A DNA stretch of 64,000 nt from NCBI GenBank assembly GCA_965204375.1, contig OZ241986.1, forward strand, positions 1,600,001 through 1,664,000, read 5' to 3'. The DNA comes from Candidatus Latescibacterota bacterium. GTDB lineage: Bacteria; Latescibacterota; UBA2968. Both the position numbers and the translations under genes were made by a program. The notes under the pieces are model-generated. The model did not search any database and had not been told where the DNA came from. It was given only the letters and a program-made list of their open reading frames with translations. Each line of letters opens with the position of its first letter. Positions within the stretch are counted from its first letter, which is position 1. Positions 49,616-59,141 of the stretch are shown piece by piece.

Positions 49616-51001
49616 GAGGTATATTCAAAAGTTGTGGATGAGTAAAAGAAAAGAGCGTATCCTATAGTATCACAAAAACCTAAAATCCCTCCAGGAGGGA
49701 GAAAGGACACGCTCGTGAAAGAATATACCCCATTTGAAGTGGAAAGCATAGTGCAAGATACACTGGCCGAGAGCCTCGAAGAAGTCATAAGAAATGGTGC
49801 GCGTAAGATGTTATGTGCCGCCTTGCGGTATGAAGTGAATGAATACATAGCCCGATTTGCTGATCAGGTGGATGAAAAGGGTCATCGTGAGGTGGTCAAA
49901 AATGGGTATCATCCTGCCCGAGAAGTCACCACTGGTATTGGTAAAATACCCGTCAAACAACCCCGCGTTCACGATCGTCGAGACGGGGAGCACTTCACCA
50001 GTGCGATCCTGCCTAAATATGCCCGTCGCAGTCCGAGCATTGATACATTGATCCCCACACTGTATCTGAAAGGGGTCTCTACCTCAGCCTTTCCCCAGGC
50101 ACTCGAAGCGATCCTCGGCAAAGGCGCACCAGGGCTTTCACCAGCCAATATCACGCGCTTAAAGCGTATTTGGGAAGACGAGTATAAACAATGGCAAAAG
50201 CGCGACTTGCACGATAAAGCCTATGTCTATATCTGGGCAGACGGTATCTATTTTAACGTACGCCTGTCTGATGATCGCCCCTGTGTTCTCGTGCTCATTG
50301 GTGCCACAGCAGAAGGTAAAAAGGAAGTCCTTGCCATAGAGCAGGGACAGCGTGAGAGCACCTTATCTTGGAAAACCCTCTTACTGGATGTCAAAGCACG
50401 CGGGTTGCGCCTTGCCCCTGCTCTTGCCATAGGCGATGGGGCAATGGGCTTCTGGCACGCATTGGAAGAGACATTCCCTGCCACGAAACATCAGCGCTGC
50501 TGAGTGCATAAGAGTGCTAATGTGTTGGATAAGCTACCCAAATCTGTGCAGCCGGATGCCAAGAGACTCCTTCAAGATATGTATCAGTCGCCGACAAAAG
50601 AGGCCGCGCACAAGGTCTATGACCACTTCTTGAGTCTGTATCAGGATCGCTATGAAAAAGCCTGTGACTGCCTCACCAAAGATTTTGAGGTGCTCTTCAC
50701 CTTTTATGATTTTCCTGCCAAACACTGGATCCATTTACGCACCACCAACCCGATTGAATCGACTTTTGCTACCGTCAGGCATCGCACGAGGCAGACAAAA
50801 GGCTGCGGATCGGTCAAAGCCACAATGGCGATGGTGTATAAACTGGCTCTTGAAGCTGAAAAAACATGGGTCAGATTACGCGGTTACAAGCTCATACCCC
50901 TCGTCATTGACGGGGTGAAATTCGTAGATGGTGAACGCAAAATCGCTGCATAATCATAAAGGATGCGTTCTAAACCCATCCACAACATTTGACAATATCT
51001 C
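49616..51001 (+). mobile_element. IS256-family insertion sequence, 1,386 bp
   Basis: 28-bp imperfect TIRs (GAGGTATATTCAAAAGTTGTGGATGAGT vs rc GAGATATTGTCAAATGTTGTGGATGGGT); 9-bp direct repeats GGGCACTTT at 49607-49615 and 51002-51010. Confidence 0.93.
49715..50953 (+). pseudogene. IS256 transposase with one in-frame stop (TGA 50501-50503)
   Basis: KNGY, PRVHDRR, LYLKGVST, YIWADG, IGDGAMGFW, QRC*VHK (family motif QRCWVHK), RTTNPIES; both halves in one frame. Confidence 0.9.
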
Positions 51002-51050
51002 GGGCACTTTTTAAAAACACAGACCCTTTAAAACTGCTATGGATTGACCG

Positions 51051-51242
51051 ATGAAACGCGTTCTGACCATATCCAAATTTGATCCAAATGAGAAAGCATG
51101 CGATCATACGCGACATCTCACAGGTGATGAACGGGTATCCCTCCTTGAGCAACTACGCCGAGAAATGTCTAAGGTAAGCCATCGTGAATATCCAAAAAGA
51201 CTTCGAAGAGTTCTTACAGTTGCTAAACGCAACAGGGGTTGA
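51051..51242 (+). CDS. Small hypothetical protein overlapping the nucleotidyltransferase gene
   Basis: 63 aa, charged, ERVSLLEQLR..RLRRVLTV; coupled to next gene. Confidence 0.55.
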   Translation: MKRVLTISKFDPNEKACDHTRHLTGDERVSLLEQLRREMSKVSHREYPKRLRRVLTVAKRNRG

Positions 51243-51639
51243 ATTTGTCATTGTTGGTGGCTATGCTGTTGCTTTTCATGGCTATGTACGCACCACTGAC
51301 GATATGGATTTGTTCTTCCGCAATACCCCTGAGAATATCGCAAGAATCCGCCAGGCCCTCCAAAAATTTGGTCTTTCTACAACCGAACAGCAGGCCGCTG
51401 AATTTGCCGTTCCAGAAAATATCATCCGCATGGGAATTGCCCCGGTGCGAATTGAAATGATGAATAGCATAAGTGGGCTTACATTTGATGAGGTGTGGCA
51501 AAACAGGGTCTCGGGAATCTACGGAGAAACCCCTGTCTTTTACATCTCCCGGTCAAACCTTCTTCACAATAAACGGGAATCCGCTCGCCCTAAGGATATT
51601 GCAGATGTGGACGAATTGGGCGGTAATAGAAACACTTAA
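51184..51639 (+). CDS. Nucleotidyltransferase-fold protein (DUF6036-like)
   Basis: VIVGGYAVAFHG.VRTTDDMD, NK..SARPKD..D. Confidence 0.8.
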   Translation: MNIQKDFEEFLQLLNATGVEFVIVGGYAVAFHGYVRTTDDMDLFFRNTPENIARIRQALQKFGLSTTEQQAAEFAVPENIIRMGIAPVRIEMMNSISGLTFDEVWQNRVSGIYGETPVFYISRSNLLHNKRESARPKDIADVDELGGNRNT

Positions 51640-52290
51640 TCACTTTTCAAGCTTATGACCTTTTGTTTTGCCTCTGCAAGAGCGTAGCCTCGTTCTACAT
51701 CATCTCTTGCTCTATTTGGCTTTTTTGCTCCTCCAGGTCGATAATTTTTTGACTGACAGCTTTGATATCAACCTTGCGCCCATTTAACGCCAGAAGTCAA
51801 AGAACATGCCGCAAAAAAATTGAGAGAGTGGTTTGAGTGATCAACCTCCGCATTGAGTGCGGCTAAAACCATCACAAAAAAGTTTGTGCAAAGCAATTTC
51901 GCAATCTATTATGGTATTGGAAGAACCGATCCTCATAACTTCAAAGAAAGGAGCAACACAGGCTACCTCGTGCATTATGGGAGCCGGTCTTTCTGTTTGT
52001 ACTGGCCTCCTCCGTTACCGCTTGGTCTGGATAGTTGGAAAAGAGGACTTCAATATATCTGCCCATCCTCGGACAAAGCTCTGACCGAGCTGTAACTGAT
52101 AGACTATGGACGTAAAATCGGATTGAGAATAGCCAGCGAATTGGTCATAAGCGGAGAACCGTTGCAAAAACACCTGAGCTTAGAAAATGCGATTGGCCTG
52201 AAAAATTGCGTGATTGTGTCGGACAACCTCTAACGCCTCGTCCTATGCTCGAGTACAGCAAAAATCTGGACCAACAGAAAGGAGAATGGA

Positions 52291-52665
52291 GTGAAAATAA
52301 TACTTGCTATTTCGCTGATGTGCTTGGTTGGGTGTGCCTGTACACGGCCCGACCAGAACGCCACAAATGCGGCGCATTATGGCGGATACGTAAGCCAGGA
52401 GACAGGGGAACGCCTGGCAAAAGCGTACTTCAGAGAAATACTCAAAGACCCGTATTCCGCGCAGTATCGGTTTGACCGGATTACAAGAGGCTGGATTCAA
52501 GACGCGCCCATTGATGGCTGCAAAACCCATTATGGTTATCTTCTCAGAGTAGGTGTCAACGCAAAGAACAGCTATGGCGGGTACACAGGAGAAAAACCTT
52601 ACGCATTCATTATCCGAGATGGGGGGATCGTCAAAGTCTCTTACCCGCCGCCCGCCCGATACTGA
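52291..52665 (+). CDS. Predicted lipoprotein
   Basis: SD AAGGAG, GTG start, lipobox LVGC, LKDPYSA...VNAKNSYGGYTG. Confidence 0.7.
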   Translation: MKIILAISLMCLVGCACTRPDQNATNAAHYGGYVSQETGERLAKAYFREILKDPYSAQYRFDRITRGWIQDAPIDGCKTHYGYLLRVGVNAKNSYGGYTGEKPYAFIIRDGGIVKVSYPPPARY

Positions 52666-53061
52666 TTCTAAGATGCTTTGAACCTACTTTAGGAGCGATA
52701 AATCCCTGTTAAATCACAGCAACACACACAACAGCCCGGTCGTTTTTTTGTATTCACAGCCCTCTCGATAGCCCTCTTTTCGAGTTCTCAGGCCCGATAT
52801 TGGCACTTTTTTGGCGCAAACATACTCCCAAAAAGGCACTAAAAAATAGATTTCTAGCCGCAATAAGACACTCTTTTATAAAAAATTTGGCTCAGATATC
52901 AGGCACGACACTACCAAACGGCGACAAAAATAGAGCAGCTAATGCTCGCCTCGAGTACAATACAAAAGTCCGGGTAATTTTGTGTGGACTTGACCTGTTT
53001 TAGTGGACAACTTATCTCTTTCAGAGAAAGGAGTCCAAAAGACGAAAGGATTTGTGTAACG

Positions 53062-56000
53062 ATGACAAAGTTTCAACCTTTAGGCCAGGTTCAATCTACT
53101 GCCGACACAAGTCAGATCGGCACGATTATCAAAGCTCTTCCTAAACATGCGGGTATGCAATATTATGAGGTGGATTATGGTGGGGGGCCGCGTGTTATAG
53201 TAGCTGAGAGCAACTTGAGACCTTATACGAATTTACAGAAGCCAAGCGAGTATCTGCTGGCTGGACTAATGGGAGGGTATCAGGAATTTCAAAGGCTTAT
53301 GACACATCGGCGGTTGCTTCGAGAACATACTTTAAGAAACAATATTTATGCTTTTAATGCGTCCAGAACCCAGTTTTTTCCTTACCAGTTCAAACCGCTT
53401 CTCAAACTTTTGGATTCTACACGTCATCGGCTACTCATTGCAGATGAAGTTGGACTGGGTAAGACAATAGAAGCTGGATTGATTCTAACCGAATTGATGG
53501 CTCGGCAGCATTTGCAGCGGGTACTGGTAGTCTGTCCATCCAATTTGATAGGCAAGTGGCGGTTAGAACTCAGGAACAGGTTTGGTGAAGATTTTGAGAT
53601 TGTGAAGTCTACCAGATTTCTGGATTTTCTCGAAGATTATGAAGACCGGCCTGAACATACCCGTATAAAAGGGATTATATCGCTAGAAAGCATCCGTAGA
53701 AACGCTGTTCTGGACCGCTTGGATGAGCTTGCGCCAGATTTTGACTTGGTAATTGTAGATGAAGCACACCACCTGCGAAATTTTTCCACTAAGCAGCGTC
53801 AGGCAGGTGTCCTACTCGGACAGGGTGCAGGCACGATGTTGATGTTAACGGCAACGCCTATACATTTGGGTAATGAAAATCTTTTTAGCCTTTTGAATAT
53901 TCTTGATGAAGAAGATTTCCCCGATATGTACACGGTTGACAGACGATTCCGAAACAATGAACCTATTGTTAGTGCCCAGATTTGTGTCGGACAGGTACCA
54001 CCAAACACCGAAAAAGCTCTTGAGCTTTTGGAAGGCATTCGCTATGCACCGGAAATTACTGAAAATCCACTCTACTCCGAAGTAATCTCTAGTCTGAAAG
54101 ACCTTAAAAGTAGAGATCACCCTGAATCCGAGCAGATGAGGATCCTATTGGAAATACAGAGGGATCTTTCTGAGCTAAACCTGATTGGTCATATCTTTAC
54201 GCGCACTCGAAAGCGGGAAGTACAGGAGCATGTAGCAGAGCGACAGGCTTTTCCTTTACAACTCCAGTTTACGGAAGTTGAACAGCAGTTCTACCGCGCG
54301 GTTACTGCATATGTAAGAGAGGAGAGTAAACGCAGGACGGATTCTCCTATTATTCGGCAGTGGATTCTCAACACACCTCAGCGCAGGGTCGCTTCTTCAA
54401 TTCCAGCGATGGTCAGACATTATCAGAATCATCTGGGACTTGATCGGGAAGACTTGTCGGAAGATCTTGACACATCAAGCATGGAAGGCGTATCAAGCCA
54501 GGCCGGAGCACTTGAAGTAGCTCGGCAACATCTTCAGCAAATCGTAGCAGACTGGCCTGTGGATGGACCTGACTCGAAATACGAGAAATTTATCGAAATT
54601 CTCAGGCAGCTCAAAAGCCAAGAAGGCAACATCAAAGTTGTTGTTTTCGCCTTTTTCAAAGCGACTCTGAATTATCTTCTGGAAAGGCTAAGAAAAGATG
54701 GTATCTGTGCGGTTTTGATCAGCGGAGATGTAGATGCGGATGAAAGGCCAGGTATTATTGAAAGATTTCGAACAGATCCTGAGATAGAAGTGTTGCTGTC
54801 TTCCCGGGTAGGCAGTGAAGGGCTTGATTTTCAGTTTTCTAATACACTTTTTAATTATGATCTGCCCTGGAACCCCATGGAGGTTGAGCAGAGAATCGGC
54901 CGTCTAGATCGTATCGGCCAGGAGTCGAGAATCATTCGGATCTACAACTTTTCGATTGAAGGCACAATTGAACAACGGATATTGGATCGCCTTTACGAAC
55001 GATTAGATATTTTCAGACGGTCTATTGGCGAACTGGAGGCCATTCTGGGTGATAAGCTTCAAGACCTAGAACGAGATTTCCTTGTGCAAGATTTGAGTCC
55101 TGAAGAAGAAGAAAGGCGTATCGTCGAAACTACCAGGGTCATTGAACAAAGGCTGAAGGATCTGGAACAACTCGAAAATGAAACTGCACAGTTTCTGGGC
55201 GTTGATCAGTATTTTGAGGAAGAAGTGCAGAAAATCAGGGATTGCAGACGGTATATCACTGGTGAACAGTTGAGACGGTTTTATGTGGACTTCATCAAGC
55301 ATACTTGTCCGAGAACGAAGCTGGAATACGATATAGACACCAACACGGGCAAGCTGTATCCTGACGAAAAGCTTCGAAATTTTATTACGCATCAACAAGC
55401 GTCGGGAGATATTATAGAATATTTGAATCGGTCAGGGCGCGGCATTTCGATTACATTCGATTCTCAGACGGCTTTCAATCATCCTAATCTAGATTTCATC
55501 AATATTCTGCATCCACTTACTCAGGCTATATCCCGCTATTACGGTCAAAATTCAGATCAATTGTCTAACGCCCATCATGTCGTTTTGGATACACAGAGCC
55601 TTCAGCCAGGCTTTTACTATTACAGTATATTTTTTGTTCGAACGTTGGGAGCACGTAGTGCCAATACGTTGGAAATGGTTATCTTAAACGACCAGATCAA
55701 AGAGGCTTGTTCACAGATGGATGCGGAGGTTGTCCTTGGAGAAATGGTTGAGAAAGGTGAAGACCCGGTTGGTGCTGGTCTTGAAATAGATCCACAATGG
55801 ATTCAAGAAGCAGGTAGTTACGCAGATACAATATTCTTGGAGCGAGTTGGTGCAATCCGTGATGCTTTGGAGCGAAGTAACGACTCATTTGTAGATCGGA
55901 GGCTAGTCAGCTTGCGTAGCTTTTACAACAAAAGAATCGATAAACAGCGTGATCTTCTACGAAGGGGTGAAACTGCACAACGGCAGGAGCGATATTTGCG

Positions 56001-56133
56001 GATGCTTCGTGGGACACTAACACGACTGGAGAGCGAATTAAAAAGTAAAGAAGATGAATTGGAGCAAAGGAGAAAGGTGGGGGTTGATCATGAAGGCATT
56101 GCTGCAGGAATTCTTGAAGTTTCTGAAAGGTAA
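53062..56133 (+). CDS. SNF2/RapA-like SF2 helicase
   Basis: LIADEVGLGKTIEAG, VDEAHH, LTATP, GSEGLDFQ, YDLPWNPMEVEQRIGRLDRIGQ; C-terminal coiled coil. Confidence 0.92.
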   Translation: MTKFQPLGQVQSTADTSQIGTIIKALPKHAGMQYYEVDYGGGPRVIVAESNLRPYTNLQKPSEYLLAGLMGGYQEFQRLMTHRRLLREHTLRNNIYAFNASRTQFFPYQFKPLLKLLDSTRHRLLIADEVGLGKTIEAGLILTELMARQHLQRVLVVCPSNLIGKWRLELRNRFGEDFEIVKSTRFLDFLEDYEDRPEHTRIKGIISLESIRRNAVLDRLDELAPDFDLVIVDEAHHLRNFSTKQRQAGVLLGQGAGTMLMLTATPIHLGNENLFSLLNILDEEDFPDMYTVDRRFRNNEPIVSAQICVGQVPPNTEKALELLEGIRYAPEITENPLYSEVISSLKDLKSRDHPESEQMRILLEIQRDLSELNLIGHIFTRTRKREVQEHVAERQAFPLQLQFTEVEQQFYRAVTAYVREESKRRTDSPIIRQWILNTPQRRVASSIPAMVRHYQNHLGLDREDLSEDLDTSSMEGVSSQAGALEVARQHLQQIVADWPVDGPDSKYEKFIEILRQLKSQEGNIKVVVFAFFKATLNYLLERLRKDGICAVLISGDVDADERPGIIERFRTDPEIEVLLSSRVGSEGLDFQFSNTLFNYDLPWNPMEVEQRIGRLDRIGQESRIIRIYNFSIEGTIEQRILDRLYERLDIFRRSIGELEAILGDKLQDLERDFLVQDLSPEEEERRIVETTRVIEQRLKDLEQLENETAQFLGVDQYFEEEVQKIRDCRRYITGEQLRRFYVDFIKHTCPRTKLEYDIDTNTGKLYPDEKLRNFITHQQASGDIIEYLNRSGRGISITFDSQTAFNHPNLDFINILHPLTQAISRYYGQNSDQLSNAHHVVLDTQSLQPGFYYYSIFFVRTLGARSANTLEMVILNDQIKEACSQMDAEVVLGEMVEKGEDPVGAGLEIDPQWIQEAGSYADTIFLERVGAIRDALERSNDSFVDRRLVSLRSFYNKRIDKQRDLLRRGETAQRQERYLRMLRGTLTRLESELKSKEDELEQRRKVGVDHEGIAAGILEVSER

Positions 56134-57721
56134 ACGAGAAGAACCTCAAGAAACTTCTGGTAGAAAATTTTCTCAGAACAGTGTCTCTAAGTCTGTGCAG
56201 AGACACGCAAGGGATGAAGTAGATCAGATTACCCAAAAACCGATTAAGCAAGCAGAGGCGAAAAAACAAAGACTATCTGGACCGGTTCGGCGGCGGGTTG
56301 AAAAGATACAGATACAGGTAGGATTGGATTTTGGCACCAGCAGCACAAAAATCGCGTATGCGCCGATCAGCGGTGTTGGACAGCGTCCAGTCCGTCCACT
56401 GATATTCGATCACAATTTGAAAACATATGAGACTTTCTGTCTGCCGTCGCTCGCTGCTTTTGATCGAAATCGTAAGTTACTTTTAGGTATTGAAGCAGCA
56501 AAATTACTGGAAAATGAGCCTTGGGATTCCGGATTAAGACGGCTCAAAGTTGTTGTGGCAGGAAAATATGAGCAGTCTTTTGTCGATCCCAATACGAAAA
56601 CGGCTTTTGACAAGTATTTGGAGCAGCATGATATAAAAACAAAAACCCATTCACCAGAATTGATCACTTCGGTTTACTTGGCCTATGCGATGCGTCAGGC
56701 CCGACTTGCCATACAGAATGTGCCGGACTTTCGCAACCACGAGCTTGATCTGCTTTTTAATGTTTGTGTTCCTATTGATCACCTGGAAAAAAGACGTGTG
56801 CTGCTCGCTTTTCATAATATCCTTGCCTGGGCCGAGGCTATCGAAGAAGCTTGGAATCAGTCAAATGGTTCATTTGATCCACTTGAATTTGCACGCAAGG
56901 TCAAGAAGAATGTTGAATATCGCCCGGCAGATCGATACGGTCTAAGTCGGCAAGATAGTGAAAGGCGAGTTTTTGCTGTCCCGGAAGCAGTTGCAGAAGC
57001 AGCTTCATACTTGACTTCCTTACAGAGACAGGAGGGTGTTCACGCTATTATTGATTTGGGTGCAGGGACCACGGATGTCTCTTTTTTTAATCTCAGACCT
57101 GAAAACGGAGGTCTCAAACCGTTCTGGTATTCAGCAGGAAATATTCCTGAAGGAGGATATAAAGTTGAGCGTGTTATTGCTGATCATCTAATAGCGAAAA
57201 AAGGCGGTTGTAGCTCTGGTGATATTCTCGAAGTTCTTCAAGTGCTCGATAGAAGTCGCCAAGGAAGCAAACTTTATAGTGATGACATCAGACACAAAGT
57301 CAGAAAAACTCTGGAAGGTATTCATTTAAAAGCTACAGATGTCTGGCGAGCAGCTTACAGGGACAAACTGAAGAGGCAATCTTTATGGGAAGATGTGCAG
57401 GTCTTTATTTCAGGGGGAATCGCTAACATACCTTCTGTTAAGAGCGTTTTTTCGGCACCTTGGATGCAGCAATTAAAAAATATCAGATACCCTGTTCACT
57501 ATCTCCCAACCCCCGAAGATTACGACTCAGCGAATGGAGAGGTACCTTTTCGACGGATGGCTGTTGCCTATGGTTTATCGCGTCCTGCTCCAGAACTCGG
57601 AGAGTTTATATTGCCAGCAGACTGTCCCAATCATACACCAGATCCTCTACCCATTAAAACACACGAAGGTAATCGAGATGGTAGTGGCCTTAGACCTAAT
57701 TCGGATTGGCTCGGAAGGTGA
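56090..57721 (+). CDS. Hsp70/actin-fold ATPase-like protein
   Basis: GLDFGTSSTK (phosphate 1), VPEAVA, IDLGAGTTD (phosphate 2), VFISGG (adenosine), AVAYG; overlaps helicase end. Confidence 0.75.
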   Translation: MKALLQEFLKFLKGKREEPQETSGRKFSQNSVSKSVQRHARDEVDQITQKPIKQAEAKKQRLSGPVRRRVEKIQIQVGLDFGTSSTKIAYAPISGVGQRPVRPLIFDHNLKTYETFCLPSLAAFDRNRKLLLGIEAAKLLENEPWDSGLRRLKVVVAGKYEQSFVDPNTKTAFDKYLEQHDIKTKTHSPELITSVYLAYAMRQARLAIQNVPDFRNHELDLLFNVCVPIDHLEKRRVLLAFHNILAWAEAIEEAWNQSNGSFDPLEFARKVKKNVEYRPADRYGLSRQDSERRVFAVPEAVAEAASYLTSLQRQEGVHAIIDLGAGTTDVSFFNLRPENGGLKPFWYSAGNIPEGGYKVERVIADHLIAKKGGCSSGDILEVLQVLDRSRQGSKLYSDDIRHKVRKTLEGIHLKATDVWRAAYRDKLKRQSLWEDVQVFISGGIANIPSVKSVFSAPWMQQLKNIRYPVHYLPTPEDYDSANGEVPFRRMAVAYGLSRPAPELGEFILPADCPNHTPDPLPIKTHEGNRDGSGLRPNSDWLGR

Positions 57722-57786
57722 GATGGATTTCTGGATGGGAGGAAATCCTAACACAAAACAGGTGTTTCAACTCTTAATAGCGTGAC

Positions 57787-58077
57787 TTGCTCGGTGTTGC
57801 CAGCGCTTCGGAGAAATCACCTGGGCGTTGGGATCTCGGGCTTCCTCCAGCCCGGTATGGCACTTTTGTTCTGTTATGTGAAGATACAAAAGGCGAAATC
57901 CATACGTTCATTGCATCCAGAGATTTTACACAGAAATTCATAGACAAACTCAGCCGTGACTATAACGGCCAGATCAAATTAAACGTTAAAAAAACCGGCT
58001 CCAAATTTTACCTAACCATACCGGGAAGTCCCGATGAGTCGATTGTAAATCTGAAGGATCAATTTGAGAATATCTAA
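57787..58077 (+). CDS. Hypothetical protein, possibly N-terminally truncated
   Basis: Protein-like 96-aa frame, but TTG start without a clear SD and in-frame stops just upstream. Confidence 0.4.
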   Translation: MLGVASASEKSPGRWDLGLPPARYGTFVLLCEDTKGEIHTFIASRDFTQKFIDKLSRDYNGQIKLNVKKTGSKFYLTIPGSPDESIVNLKDQFENI

Positions 58078-58088
58078 GGAGTCAGAAA

Positions 58089-59141
58089 ATGGAACAGGAA
58101 TTTCAGGAGCGTGTCGTAAGGATAGAGCCTCCGAAACGTCACTTCGTATTTCTGATTGCACCTGACGGTTCTATGCTCGGCCTTGATGAAAGTAGCGAAC
58201 TCGCCTTGCACGACGAAGCCGACGATCGTGTGATCTGGGATCGCACACCAGAAGGCATAAAGCACGTGGCAACCGGTAAAGATGTATCCACCGATATCGA
58301 TGAGGATGTCTGCACATTGTCTGTCGGTTCAGACGAGATGACCTTCACCACCTATCACGGCCCTGAAAAATTGCCGTCTGAATATCTCGAACACTTAAAG
58401 CGCGAAGGGTGGGTCTGTCTGACCTGTATTCTGCCACCAGACATTTTAGAAGATATGGAACGCGTCGCCGGTACAGATCGTTACGAACACTTGGAAATGA
58501 ACACCGACATGCCCAGGATCTGTCAGAGTGTCTCTGTTGCCAGAGCATCCATTGAGCCCATCTCCATTTGGTTGGCCAGGCGGTATATGGGAGCCCACGA
58601 TTTACACCTCTCGCATCCACCCGGTTTTAGAATCGAGTACCCGGATGATGGCAAAAGAAAACTGGGCGGTTGGCACTCTGATTTTCCCTATTCGGCGTCA
58701 ACCGGTGGCAATGAGCCTCCCGACAGAAAGGGACCCATTAAGGCCATGCAACGTAATGTCTGTGTGTCTGACTTTACCAAGATTCGCGGTGCAACAGCAT
58801 TTAAACTGGGCTCACATCTATCAGACACACCCCCACCACCAGAATGGAACGACACACAAGCGAGTCGCTTTCCCTATCACGGCCCTGAAGCCGATGTGAT
58901 AGAAGCGCCCGGTGGTAGCGTCATCCTCTACGATGCCAGGGTGTGGCATCGAGCAGGCATCAACCGCAGCCAGCAGAAAAGAGCTGCAATGCTACAATCG
59001 TTCCAAGCACCAGATGTTCTGCCCAAAAACGACACCACAGCCACGTATGAACGCCTCGTGGAGAGTCCCATTTTCAATGAACTAAATGATAGAGAACAGA
59101 AGGATATAACAGCACTGCTGACCAATACAGTGGAAAAATGA
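58089..59141 (+). CDS. PhyH-family 2OG/Fe(II) dioxygenase with N-terminal extension
   Basis: WHSD...WHRAG triad, DFTKIRGAT..GSH, APGGSV; SD AAGGAG. Confidence 0.8.
   Translation: MEQEFQERVVRIEPPKRHFVFLIAPDGSMLGLDESSELALHDEADDRVIWDRTPEGIKHVATGKDVSTDIDEDVCTLSVGSDEMTFTTYHGPEKLPSEYLEHLKREGWVCLTCILPPDILEDMERVAGTDRYEHLEMNTDMPRICQSVSVARASIEPISIWLARRYMGAHDLHLSHPPGFRIEYPDDGKRKLGGWHSDFPYSASTGGNEPPDRKGPIKAMQRNVCVSDFTKIRGATAFKLGSHLSDTPPPPEWNDTQASRFPYHGPEADVIEAPGGSVILYDARVWHRAGINRSQQKRAAMLQSFQAPDVLPKNDTTATYERLVESPIFNELNDREQKDITALLTNTVEK

Noticed and set aside
50501-50503. TGA as recoded Trp or selenocysteine in the transposase
   Set aside because: Many genes in the window end at TGA and Trp is TGG elsewhere; a nonsense mutation is simpler.
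53062-56133. Complete DISARM, Zorya or BREX system
   Set aside because: No methyltransferase, DrmA/B, ZorA/B or PglZ genes are in the window.
56090-57721. dnaK, mreB or ftsA
   Set aside because: Only the generic actin-fold motifs match; there is no substrate-binding domain and no chaperone or division gene context.
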